From the NCBI GenBank assembly GCA_951406725.2, contig OX597836.1:35526001-35590000 (forward strand): a stretch of DNA of 64,000 bases, given 5' to 3'. Within the stretch, counting starts at the first letter, position 1. Each line of letters starts with the position of its first letter. The position numbers were made by a program, and so were the translations under genes. The notes under the pieces were generated by a model. The model worked only from the letters and a program-made list of their open reading frames with translations, was not told where the DNA came from and ran no database searches. This document shows, piece after piece, positions 27,520 through 38,865 of this stretch. This DNA is from Octopus vulgaris. Its lineage: Eukaryota.

Positions 27520-27900
27520 AGGCGCAGGAGTGGCTGTGTGGTAAGTAGCTTGCTTACCAACCACATGGTTCCACTGCGTGGCACCTTGGGCAAGTGTCTT
27601 CTACTATAGCCTCGGGCCGAACAAAGCCTTGTGAGTGGATTTGGTAGACGGAAACTGAAAGAAGCCCGTCGTATATATGTATATATATATATGTATGTGT
27701 ATGTTTGTGTGTCTGTGTTTGTCCCCCCCAACATCGCTGGTGTGTTTACGTTCCCGTAACTTAGCGGTTCGGTAAAAGCGACTGATAGAATAAGTACTAG
27801 GCTTATAAAGAATAAGTCCTGGGGTCGATTTGCTCGACTAAAGGCGGTGCTCCAGCATGGTCGCAGTCAAATGACTGAAACAAGTAAAAGAGAGTAAAGA
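27520..27900 (+). mobile_element. SINE family B
   Basis: Matches 6603-7010 with small deletions. Confidence 0.95.
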
Positions 27901-28829
27901 AAGAGAGGTCTCATATATCTATCATAAACGATGTAGATGTATATATGTGCTAATAACATCTGTATCCTACAGATGAGTTATCTCACCTGGTTGGAGATAT
28001 TCGTTTTTTTTTGTAAGAGAATGTTCCTCTGTCGTTATCCTACAGCTATGAAGCGTATAAGCAAAACATACATTCGATGTTTAGACACATAAGATTATTT
28101 CTAAAGAAATATCTACTTTTGGAAGTTTGCTGTTAGCCATTAACCATAATACATTTGAATACGAGTGAAAAAAAAGTGTAAATCATTCTGAAATGAACAG
28201 TTTAAGACACAAAATAGAAAATGAATGCGCAGTATGTATGAATTTACCGTAACACGTAAGAATATTTACTCAGTAAAAAAAAAGCACAAAACACACACAT
28301 ACTAGCTGCAAGCGCATTTACATTGTCATCTTGTACAGAAAAGAAAAAACAAACAAAAAGTAAAACAAACAAAAAACAGAGTGAAAAAAATTGTTATTTT
28401 AGTCGTTTATATATAGAAATATAATGGACGTCTATACAACGAAACAAAACACGAGAAGTAATATACAAGATCGACATTTGCCCTCTTTGACGTTTCTGTT
28501 TAACGTTTTGTAATGATATATGTCTGTCTGATTATGCTTTTACTTGCACAAAGTAGTTTCGTATTCAGAATATACATTTTTTCATTTACTGTAAATATGC
28601 ATCTAAATTATCTGGCCGTCAAAAGATTACGTAGAATATTGCGTTGTTTCTTTCTTATTTTTGTCAATGTTGGTTAAGATATTAGGCTGCTGCTACTTAC
28701 ATTAGGCATCAACAGATTTAAAAACCATCAAAAAAAAAAAACCTATACCACGCAAACGAGAGATACTACATCACCATTTACTCGATCCGCTAGAAATAAT
28801 AGCCGAATGACTGCTAAAATACATACCTA

Positions 28830-29617
28830 GGAACTTTTCGGTTTGAACGGCAGTTTTTTCCAGCGGTGTCATATGAAATTGTCACCCATAATTATGTACC
28901 TAGTATCGATCTATTGCATTTCAATCTCTTTTAGGGTTTGGGTTAGGGTTAGGGTTAGGGCTAGGTGTGGGGGGAAAGGTATCTTTTTTTCTTTAGAAAT
29001 GTAAATAAACCCAATCTGTTTTTTAAACGAGGGACATATTCTTTCTAGCGGTGTCATATGAAATTGTCACCCATAATTATGACCCTAGTATCGATCTATT
29101 GTATTTCAATCTATTTTAGGTTTAGGGTTAGTTAGGGTTAGAGGTGGGGGGAAGGGTATCGTTTTTCTTCACAAATGTAAACAAACCCAATCTGTTTTTT
29201 AAACGAGGGACATATTCTTTCTAGCGGTGTCATATGAAATTGTCACCCATAATTATGACCCTAGTATCGATCTATTGCATTTCAATCTCTTTTAGGGTTA
29301 GGGTTAGGGTTATGGTTAGGTGTGGGGGGAAGGGTATCTTTTTTCTTCACAAATGTAAATGAACCCAATCTGTTTCTTAAACGAGGGACATATTCATACG
29401 GCACAGTATGTTGTTTACCTCGATGGACGTCAGTGATTGGTTGAAATTGCAGGAATTGAAGAAAAAAACAACAAACATCTTACAAACTATAGAGTTTATT
29501 CAATAAAGCCAAGAGAAAAAGATGTTTTATAAACACATTCTACCAGTATACGAAGTGTAAAATTTTTTAGTTACCTAGAAATTATGTTAAAAACTGCCGT
29601 TCAAACCGAAAAGATCC
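28830..29617. mobile_element. TIR element (MITE) with 8-bp TSD and three internal ~180-bp repeats containing TTAGGG runs
   Basis: TIRs GGAACTTTTCGGTTTGAACGGCAGTTTTT and AAAAACTGCCGTTCAAACCGAAAAGATCC; TSD CATACCTA at 28822 and 29618. Confidence 0.9.
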
Positions 29618-30220
29618 CATACCTACATCGCTTAAAACGAGAAACGAGATATTGAATAATGAAGTCGTAGATGCAGATTCTGTGAAGAATAAGAAACAGA
29701 TTGGAATCAACACGTGTTGAATGGATCTAATCACTACCATCACCACCACCACCACCACCACCACTACCACCGAAAACCACCAGCAACGACAACACATTCA
29801 CTACGACTATTACCGCCACAACAATAACGACATCTACACGAAATACAAATAACATGATTTGTTGAAAGATACTAGTCACACTAAGCAGAAACATACAAAT
29901 GACTGATTCACTTTTAGGTGTTAATGAAAGAATTCAAAGAGTTCCGTGAATTCCTAAGGTTTTCTACAGAGATATCGTGCTTAGAGATAATCTAAATTAA
30001 CAGAACGAGGTGCCCTTTCCCACATCGCTCACTTGTAAAAATATCTCTACATATACGTGTATGCTACTATGTGTCCTGTATCAGCGTTTTTATGCATTAA
30101 TATATACATGTGAGTGTGTGAGTATTAATATGTATAGATACGTGTGTGTTTGTGTGAATGCGGGCATGTGTGTGCCTGTTCGTGTGTAAATATGATTTCA
30201 TATTAGATATGTTTCTTTAT

Positions 30221-30274
<54 letters not shown>

Positions 30275-30315
30275 ATCTATCTATCTATCTATTTGTATGC
30301 CTGTGCACGCGTACG

Positions 30316-30361
<46 letters not shown>

Positions 30362-30530
30362 GTAAAGTATAGAAGCCATCTTATCATGGCTAACCACATT
30401 GGGGAGGGGGTGTTACTGTAGCTTTATAGCCCCAAGAGATCTTTGTCTCTAGCTGGCTTTAGACACAATATCAGTGTCCTTGGAGTATTTGAAAAAGGAG
30501 GCCATCCCTTCCTCGCAAGCCTGAGTGATA

Positions 30531-30573
30531 CGCTCGAACTAGTTTCGGGATTGTTGTCCCTCGTCAACGGGCG
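30531..30573 (-). ncRNA. Minimal type I hammerhead ribozyme motif
   Basis: CGCCCG-TTGACGA-GGGA caacaa TCCC-GAAA-CTAG-TT-CGAGCG (C3 changed to U). Confidence 0.7.
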
Positions 30574-30808
30574 GTAACCACCAGGTCGCAATGAAAGTGA
30601 AGGCTGCTTTGCAAACATATATAAGTTTTTCTAATGGCGTCTGCCACTGATGTCGAAAAACGAACAGTAAGCATAATTAAATCTCAGAATGAGATTGAAA
30701 CAGTAATCGCTCGATAATGTAAAGTATAGAAGCCATCTTATCATGGCTAACCACATTGGGGAGGGGGTGTTACTGTAGCCTTCACTTTCATCGCGACTTG
30801 GTGGTTAC

Positions 30809-30851
30809 CGCCCGCTGACGGGGGACAACAATCCCGAAAGTAGTCCGAGCG
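30809..30851 (+). ncRNA. Minimal type I hammerhead ribozyme motif
   Basis: CGCCCG-CTGACG followed by a G run where arm 1 has A9, then stem II closing TCCC-GAAA-GTAG-TC-CGAGCG; the consensus of the two arms has an intact core. Confidence 0.7.
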
Positions 30852-31067
30852 TATCACTCAGGCTTGCGAGGAAGGGATGGCCTCCCTTTGCAAATACTCC
30901 AAGGACACTGATATTGTGTCTAGAGCCAGCTAGAGACGAAGATCTCTTGGGGCTATAAAGCTACAGTAACACCCCCTCCCCAATGTGGTTAGCCATGATA
31001 AGATGGCTTCTATACTTTACATTATCGAGCGATTACTGTTTCAGTCTCATTCTGAGATTTAATTATG

Positions 31068-31111
<44 letters not shown>

Positions 31112-31132
31112 CCCTATGTGTGTGTGTGTTCG

Positions 31133-31384
31133 TGTTTTCGAATCTCTGACCGGGCGATGTGTGGTGTTTATGAGCGAAACACCTAAGCTCCACGCGGCTC
31201 CGGCAGAAGGTAATGGCGAACTTCTGCTGACTCTTTCGCCACAAATTTCTCTCACTCTTTCCTCCTGCATCTTGCAGCTCACATGCAACGGACCGGCGTC
31301 CCGTCCACGTCGGGAACCTATATGCCAAGGAAACCGGGAAACCGGTCCTAATGAGCCAGGCATGGCTCGAGAAGGAACAAACAA
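31133..31384 (+). mobile_element. 5'-truncated SINE family A, tail A2
   Basis: Matches 27018-27256. Confidence 0.9.
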
Positions 31385-31394
31385 TTCGCGTGTG

Positions 31395-31860
31395 TGTATG
31401 TGTGTGTGTCTCCTCTATGCACGGCCAAACCGCTGGATCAATCTATACCAAATTTGGCATAAAGGTTTTTCATTACTCGGGAGAGGTTCTAGGAGGGGGG
31501 CGGGGTTCAAATTTTGTCCCTTACCAACATAGGGGGCTGTAGTCCATCCCTATACGATATTTCCATATTCTTCAACGGATTCTTGTGTTTTCGATGACGG
31601 AGATTTCGAATATGCAACCCCCACAAAAAAACCCAAAAAAACAACGTGTTCTCAAAATTTTAAATTCCCTCTCCTTTCAAATTTTAAACTTTTAACCTTC
31701 CTTCAAATTTTTTCAAGTTTTTTTTTCAATATCCGTGCAAAAATACGGAGATTAAGAATATACAAAAAAATATTTTATTTCAAATTTTCTCTAAAGAATT
31801 CCAAAATTTATCTATACACCCCACGCCATCCCATCCCATTGTCTAAAACTGAAAATGAGC
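31395..31860 (+). mobile_element. Helitron/Helentron-like 5' fragment
   Basis: (GT)n then CACGGCCAAACCGCTGGATCAATCTATACCAAATTTGGC, a pattern typical of such elements; by resemblance only. Confidence 0.45.
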
Positions 31861-32269
31861 TGCTATAAATAACAACAAAATGTTTTCAAAGTGAGAAAAT
31901 GTGTTTTTTCTTAATGTCATACACGAATACATTCTTATGAACATAGATACGTACATATGTTAGGTATGTACATACGTACCTTTATACCTACATGCTTAGC
32001 TACTCACACATACATACGTGTACACACACACACACACATACACACGCACACATACAAACACACACACACACATATATATATATGACCACTACTCCTTTTT
32101 GTCCTGTCCCTTTTTGTATCGTCTAACTGCCCGGATGTTCTGCTGTTGCTTGTTACATTCTTGTTTCATTTTTTTTTTCTTTCTTTCTTTCTCTCTCTCT
32201 CCCTCTCTCTATATATACATATATATATGTATGCACATATGTATATATATATATTTATATATAGTGTAA

Positions 32270-32799
32270 TAAATAAAATCTATGCATACATACAAACATA
32301 TATGTACGTACCTACATCTACATGTATATATACATGCATATATAAATATATAGATGTGTGTACAGGACACCACAAATAGACGTAGAACTCAACGAGAAAC
32401 AAAAAAGTAAAAACAGCATGGAACGGACCATTCCTTTAACAACGAAAAACAGAGTACAAGACAACTACACAAGGAAAAATCCCCTTCATCAGCTGTCCCT
32501 AGTCCTACCTGCGAAAGAATTAAATAAAATTCCTTTGCAGAGGGGTAAAAAAAGGGGGAAAAATGTGACAAAAACAGGACGTAAAAACAATACAATTAAA
32601 AAGAAATACAAAATAAAAATACAATTACAAAAAATACAGTACAAGAAGGAATAACAACAGGACAGGAAAACAAATAATGAGGGCCTATAAGCCTAGACGA
32701 GGAAAAAATCTTTTCACGAGCGCAGGAAGAAACATGTTTACTTGAAGAAGGCCGCCAGCGAAAGGAAGTTCGTCGACCCGGCTGTGAGAGAGATGAGGA

Positions 32800-32832
<33 letters not shown>

Positions 32833-33130
32833 TATGAAGGAAGCCAAAGAGGGTGAAAGAAAGAGAGAAGAAGGAGTTATAGAGTTTCGCCTCATAATTA
32901 TACATAAAAACCAGCTTAGAGAAGAAGAAGAAACGAAACGAAACGGAACGAATCGAATCGAATCGACGCGAGGGCGCTCAGTCATACAACAGTGTAATAA
33001 ATACAATATATGCATACATACAAAAAAATATATGTACGTACCTACATCTACATGTACGTACCTACAACTACACAAGGAAAATCTATACGTACCAACAACT
33101 ACACAAGGAAAAATCCCCTTCATCAGCTGA
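32270..33130. mobile_element. Repeat with terminal direct duplications (Penelope-like pLTR candidate), related to 56700-57310
   Basis: 32282-32326 recurs at 33011-33056; ACAACTACACAAGGAAAAATCCCCTTCATCAGCTG at 32461 and 33095; a diverged inverted homolog lies at 57 kb. Confidence 0.6.
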
Positions 33131-33439
33131 TATATTTATTTATTTATTTATTTATATATAAATAAATATAGGGATGGCATTATTAAAATACCATCACAAG
33201 TGGTAAGCAAATTATCATACAGGCATATTAATAAGATATATATAAATAAGATATGTACATATACACACAAGGGTACCTTTTTGTATCGTAACTGTCTATA
33301 TTCTGCTGTTGATTGACAGTCAAAAATTTTCTTTCTTTCTTTCTTTCTCTCTCTCTCTCTTTGAATATATACATATATATATAAGATAAGATAATATATA
33401 ATATATACACATATATATGTAGGATGTATATGTATGTAT

Positions 33440-33678
<239 letters not shown>

Positions 33679-34135
33679 TATATATGTAACACAGACACTC
33701 CACACGCATGCATTCACATAATGTATCCGTATTTTGCGTAATTGTTTGTGAACAGTCTAATGGTATACTTATTCTGGCATTTGACATCAATCTTTTGTTG
33801 TTACACCAATTTCAGACTGCTAAAATAGAAAGATAAGTTTTGATCATAGAGATGTAACGGTGATTTTTAGATGAATTATGGCCAACACCGACTTTAGAAG
33901 CTCGTAGTACTCAAAATTATATCACGACACTTTAAAACAGAACTGATTATCCTCAAGTTTCGATGCGTTAGAAATAGTGTAATTGTGCGTAATGAAGTTT
34001 TCATGTCTTATTTCATTCTCACTTCGTCCTCGTCCTCCTTACCCCCATCCATCATATAATGTTCATGTGGATATACAATACCATACAAATGTTAGCCGCT
34101 GTAAAGATGACAGGCAAATACTATAAACCAATATG

Positions 34136-34167
<32 letters not shown>

Positions 34168-34241
34168 TGTATGTATGTATGTACGTATATCTTTCGTCTC
34201 TCTCATTAACCAAATACATATACATACACACAGACATATAC

Positions 34242-34292
<51 letters not shown>

Positions 34293-34514
34293 TTAGGTGT
34301 ATTTCTCCATTTTCTTATCTTGTATTAGTAATTTGTGGTAAATCATTTTACCTTTGCTCATATAATACAGTAAATGAATTGATTGCATCGCAATCATTAA
34401 CATTTATGTAATATCTTTGTTGGGTACTTCACTAGCAGTATATTGGATATACGTTATCCCATAGAGGGTTGCATTTACAACCCCTACCTCAATTTGTATA
34501 TATATATATATATA

Positions 34515-34717
34515 TCGGGAGAGTTTACGAAAAAAACACAAAAGACGAAGACAGGTGGTGTACAAAACAAACAGATGTATTAGTATAACGCTCAGGAATA
34601 GAAAAAGTATTTTACTTTTCGAGCCTACGCTCTTCTACAGAAAGGGACACAGAATAAATAAGGTGGGAAACAAGGAGAGAAAAAATGTGTGTAGGGGCTA
34701 ACGATCTATCATGGCGA
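34515..34717 (-). mobile_element. (TA)n-embedded Penelope-like fragment with a degenerate hammerhead
   Basis: Minus strand TTT-CTGTAGA-A-GAGC gtag GCTC-GAAA-AGTA-AAA at about 34606-34648; (TA)n on both flanks. Confidence 0.55.
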
Positions 34718-34733
34718 ATATATATATATATAT

Positions 34734-35181
34734 AATGGTATTTTTATACAAGCATAAAGCTTATGCCGATCACCGTGTAATGACTAAGGAAAGTAGTCTA
34801 ATAAAGAGGCATATAAGCCCTCGATAGATAGAAAAAAAAAAGAAGGCTTTCCTATGCGCGCTGGACTCGAACCCACATCCCTTTGTTAATGCAACAAGTG
34901 TGTTAACTTTGCACCAGCGAATTAGCCTCCCCATGTCCGTGAAATTTAAGAAATATATTAGCTCTTATTTGTTTTTATGAAAACAAGCTTTCTATATTCG
35001 CTGGTGTAAAGGTAACACACTTAGTTGCGTTAACTAAGTGATGTGGTTTCGAGTCCCCTGCAAATAAGAAAGCCTTCTTTTTTTCTGTCGAAGGCTTATA
35101 TGCCTCTTTATTAGACTATTTTCCTTAGTCATTGCGCAGTGATCGCCATTTAAGGTTTAAGGTCATATAAAAATAACCATT
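34734..35181. mobile_element. Fold-back element with ~190-bp arms, each containing a tRNA-like unit
   Basis: AATGACTAAGGAAAGTAGTCTAATAAAGAGGCATATAAGCC versus GGCTTATATGCCTCTTTATTAGACTATTTTCCTTAGTCATT; spacer of about 70 bp. Confidence 0.85.
34995..35067 (+). ncRNA. tRNA-like (pseudo-tRNA) Pol III unit
   Basis: Acceptor TATTCGC/GCAAATA, D stem GTGT/ACAC, anticodon stem CTTAG/CTAAG with a 9-nt loop, TTCGAGT T loop, T7 run at 35078. Confidence 0.55.
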
Positions 35182-35241
35182 ATTATTCTTTACAGGTTAG
35201 TAAAACACGGCACCCTATAAAAAACAAACATCTGCACCGAA

Positions 35242-35368
<127 letters not shown>

Positions 35369-35375
35369 GTATATA

Positions 35376-35625
35376 CCGGAGTAAACACATAAATGTGAAA
35401 CAAGGTGGAAAAAAGAGTACTCAAATACCAGGGGTAGAGTAATATGCTTTATTTAAAAGCAGCAGAAATTCAACAAAACCTGTTACTCGGAGTTTCACGT
35501 TCCCGTTCGTCGGACAGTTTTGTTAAAATTTTAACAAATTTTAACAAAGCTGTCCGACGAACGGGAACGTGAAACTCCGAGTAACAGGTTTTGTTGAATT
35601 TCTGCTACTTTTAAATAAAGTATAT
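35376..35625. mobile_element. (TA)n-embedded fold-back element with a hammerhead-like motif in each arm
   Basis: 35442-35530 inverted at 35538-35625; the family recurs at 63238-63382. Confidence 0.85.
35543..35595 (+). ncRNA. Type I hammerhead-like motif with CCGACGA core
   Basis: AACAAAGCTGT-CCGACGA-ACG ggaa CGT-GAAA-CTCCGAG-TA-ACAGGTTTTGTT. Confidence 0.6.
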
Positions 35626-35915
35626 ATATATATATATATATATACATATATATTTGATTAATGGAAGAGGTGGAACATGGAAGATACGAGAATGGAATGT
35701 TTATTGATTGTTACAATTGTTTCGACCCATCTAGCATCGATCCCTCACGGATGGGATACTTAACAACTGGCTTAGTAGTATCTGTCGGTGTAGATGTGTC
35801 TGCTCAGGTGATTAAAAGATGTATCTCCTTAAAATAACGTGTGTTCCGATAGATTTCTTTTTCGATATGTGTGTACAAGGATAATTAAGGGATGCAGCTT
35901 CAATATCGTACTATC

Positions 35916-35963
<48 letters not shown>

Positions 35964-35965
35964 TG

Positions 35966-36025
<60 letters not shown>

Positions 36026-36262
36026 GTAATAATACTAATAATGATGATGATGATGTTGATGGTGATGATAACACACACACACACGCACACACACACATAC
36101 ATATATGTCTACGTATGTATAACGTATGACGTATGTATAACGTATAAATGAAGTGAATTTCGTGTGATAACATACACACACACACACACATATATATATA
36201 AAGAGAGAGAGAGACTGATCAGTTAGCTAGCTAGATAGATAGATAAATAGATAGATAGATAA

Positions 36263-36322
<60 letters not shown>

Positions 36323-36331
36323 GCAGAGAGA

Positions 36332-36564
36332 TAGAGGTTTGGCCAAAAGTCAGTAAATCAAAACAATTTAATCCCAAGATTTATTTGTGTTCAACAAACT
36401 GAATGAATTTAATAAAAGCATCTAAATATGAAACATTATGATAACTGTTAGAAGTGAAGTCCTTCTTGGAAACATTCATAATTCGAAAGAATAAATAAAA
36501 TTGAATATTAAGTAATTATGGAATTTTGATTTACTGTCGGGTGACGTTTGGCCAACCCTGTTTA
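36332..36564. mobile_element. Tc1/mariner-like MITE
   Basis: TIR remnants GGTTTGGCCAAAAGTCAGTAAATCAAAA and TTTTGATTTACTG..GACGTTTGGCCAACCCTG. Confidence 0.65.
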
Positions 36565-36858
36565 TACAGGTCATGTTCGTGTGTTGCTATGTGTGTTTGA
36601 CTATAACTTGAGTGATGCACACGAAGTTAAATTTCTCAGCTGAATGATCGGTTTCTGTGAACTAAACAAAATAATGTCGAACATCACAAAAGTTATTAAA
36701 TTTCTTACATCATTTATTCTTACAGTAAATTGGTTTCGGACGTTTAATTAAGTTCCAGACTGGATGTGAACTTGGATTTGGCCGTTTCTATATTTTAATT
36801 ATTTACAATGATTAGTTCCAGCAGTAGTTCATTCCCTTATAGATTATAAGTTGTTTGT

Positions 36859-37224
36859 GTGGAGGCGCAATGGCCCAGTGGTTAGGGCAGCGGACTCGCG
36901 GTCATAGGATCACGGTTTCGATTCCCAGACCGGGCGTTGTGAGTGTTTATTGAGCGAAAACACCTAATGCTCCACGAGGCTCCGGCAGGGATGGTGGTGA
37001 TCCCTGCTGTACTCTTTCACCACAACTTTCTCTTACTTCCTGTTTCTTTGTACCTGTATTTCAAGGGGCCGCCTGTGTCACGCTGAATATCCCCGAGAAC
37101 TACGTTAAGGGTGCACGTGTCTGTGGAGTGCTCAGCCACTTACACGTTAATTTCATGAGCAGGCTGTTCCGTTGATTCGGATCAACCGGAACCCTCATCG
37201 TCGAAACCGACGGAGTGCTTCCAC
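36859..37224 (+). mobile_element. SINE A1 with 13-bp TSD
   Basis: ATAAGTTGTTTGT at 36846 and 37225. Confidence 0.95.
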
Positions 37225-37264
37225 ATAAGTTGTTTGTACATTCGTCTTGTTATCTTGTTCGGTA

Positions 37265-37640
37265 TTTTACTTAATTCAGTACTGAGACTGCGGCCATGCT
37301 GGGACATCACCTTGAGGAAATTTAATCGAACGAATCGACCCTATTACTTGTTTTATTTTTAAACCTGTTACCTAATCTATCGACCTTTCGTGTGGAACCA
37401 CTAAGTTATGGGGTGGTAAACACACCAACACCGGTTGTCCAGCGGTGGTGGGGGACAAAATCACGCACACACATACACACACGTACATACGACGGACATT
37501 TTTCAAATTTCGTCTGCCAAAACCATGCACAAGATTTTGATCGGCCCAGGGCTATATTCGAGGAGACTTACCCAAGTATTGAATCCGCAACCATGTGGCT
37601 GGGAAGCAAATTTCTTACCACAAAACCACTTATACGCCTA
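37265..37640 (-). mobile_element. Old diverged SINE B
   Basis: ACTGCGGCCATGCTGG, ACACCAACACCGGTTGTC and CTTACCACAAAACCAC blocks. Confidence 0.75.
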
Positions 37641-38210
37641 TTTCCTTGAAAAATTGTACTCCTCTCATTATAGAAATGTTGGCAAGTATGATCCATCTAC
37701 CACGAGTTATAGGACGCATACGGTTTCCCTTTAAAGCGGTTTCGATGGAGTGTAACTAATAGAAATTACAACACACCTCTCTGGACATGACGCCGGTCCG
37801 TCGCAGGGTTAACTTTCCAGCGATTTGTAGAATTCATTTTGCGCTGGTTGGACTGCAATATCCTAGCATGAAGTGTTTTGCTCAAAAAAACAATGCACGG
37901 CCCGCAGTTATTAATCTTGTCAAAATTTCGGTCTACAAATATCGTTAATGCTCTACGAAAATAATAACAAAATAGGAATGTCATTATTTCTATGTCTCTC
38001 TAAAGGAGACTACGGCAGCGGTGGTACTGGATATTAACAGTTATCGCGCCATATTAGCTTGGCGATAACTAAAAAAACAAAATGTTTTCAACAAAAAGTA
38101 TTGACAACTTGGGTAAGTGTATTCACTTATAGAAATACTAAAGTTTGTGAGTGGATTTGGCTGACTGAAACTGAAAGAAGCCTGTCTTGAATACACGATA
38201 ACAACATTTA

Positions 38211-38512
38211 TTAAGCTTCGTGCAATGGCCATACTCGATAACGAGGAGGCAGCCACTATGTATGTATGTATGTATGTATGTATGTATGTATGTATGTATG
38301 CATGCATGTATGCATGCAATCATGTATGTATGTATGGATGGATGGATGCATGCATGCATGCATGTATGTATGTATGCATGCATGCATGCATGCATGTATG
38401 TATGTATGTATGCATGCATGCATGCATGCATGTGTGAATGTATGTATGTATGTGTGTATGCATGCATGTATGTGTGTATGTATGCATATATGTATGTATG
38501 TATGTATGTATG

Positions 38513-38546
<34 letters not shown>

Positions 38547-38560
38547 TGTACGTATGTATG
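38211..38560 (+). mobile_element. Extremely 5'-truncated copy of the zinc-finger LINE 3' UTR plus an expanded (ATGT)/(ATGC) tail
   Basis: TTAAGCTTCGTGCAATGGCCATACTCGATAACGA is identical to 3021-3054. Confidence 0.85.
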
Positions 38561-38865
38561 GTGGAGGCGCAATGGCCCAGTAGTTAGGGCAGCGGACTTG
38601 CAGTCGGAGGAGCGCAGGTTTCGATTCCCAGACCGGGCGTTGTGAGTGTTTATTGAACGAAAACACCTAAAATCTCCACGAAGCTCCGGCAGGGGGTGGT
38701 GGAGACCCCTGTTGTACTCTTTCGCCACAACTTTCTCTCACTCTCTCTCTTCCTGTTTCTTGAGTAACGCTGCGATGGAATTGCGTCCCGTCCAGCTGGG
38801 GGGAACACAGGCCACAGAAACCGGAAAACTGGGCCCATGAGCCTGGATAGGCTTGAAAAGGGTGA
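38560..38865 (+). mobile_element. SINE A, tail A2 variant
   Basis: Family A head plus GCTGCGATGGA..CATGAGCCTGG tail. Confidence 0.9.

Larger units (their letters stand above)
30359..31069. mobile_element. Penelope-like pseudo-LTR or retrozyme: 357-bp tandem unit plus an inverted copy, inserted in (TA)n
   Basis: 30361-30422 repeats at 30718-30779; 30778-31069 is an inverted copy; hammerhead motif in each arm. Confidence 0.85.

Noticed and set aside
28932-28965. True telomere or fusion scar
   Set aside because: Only short TTAGGG runs, inside a TIR element
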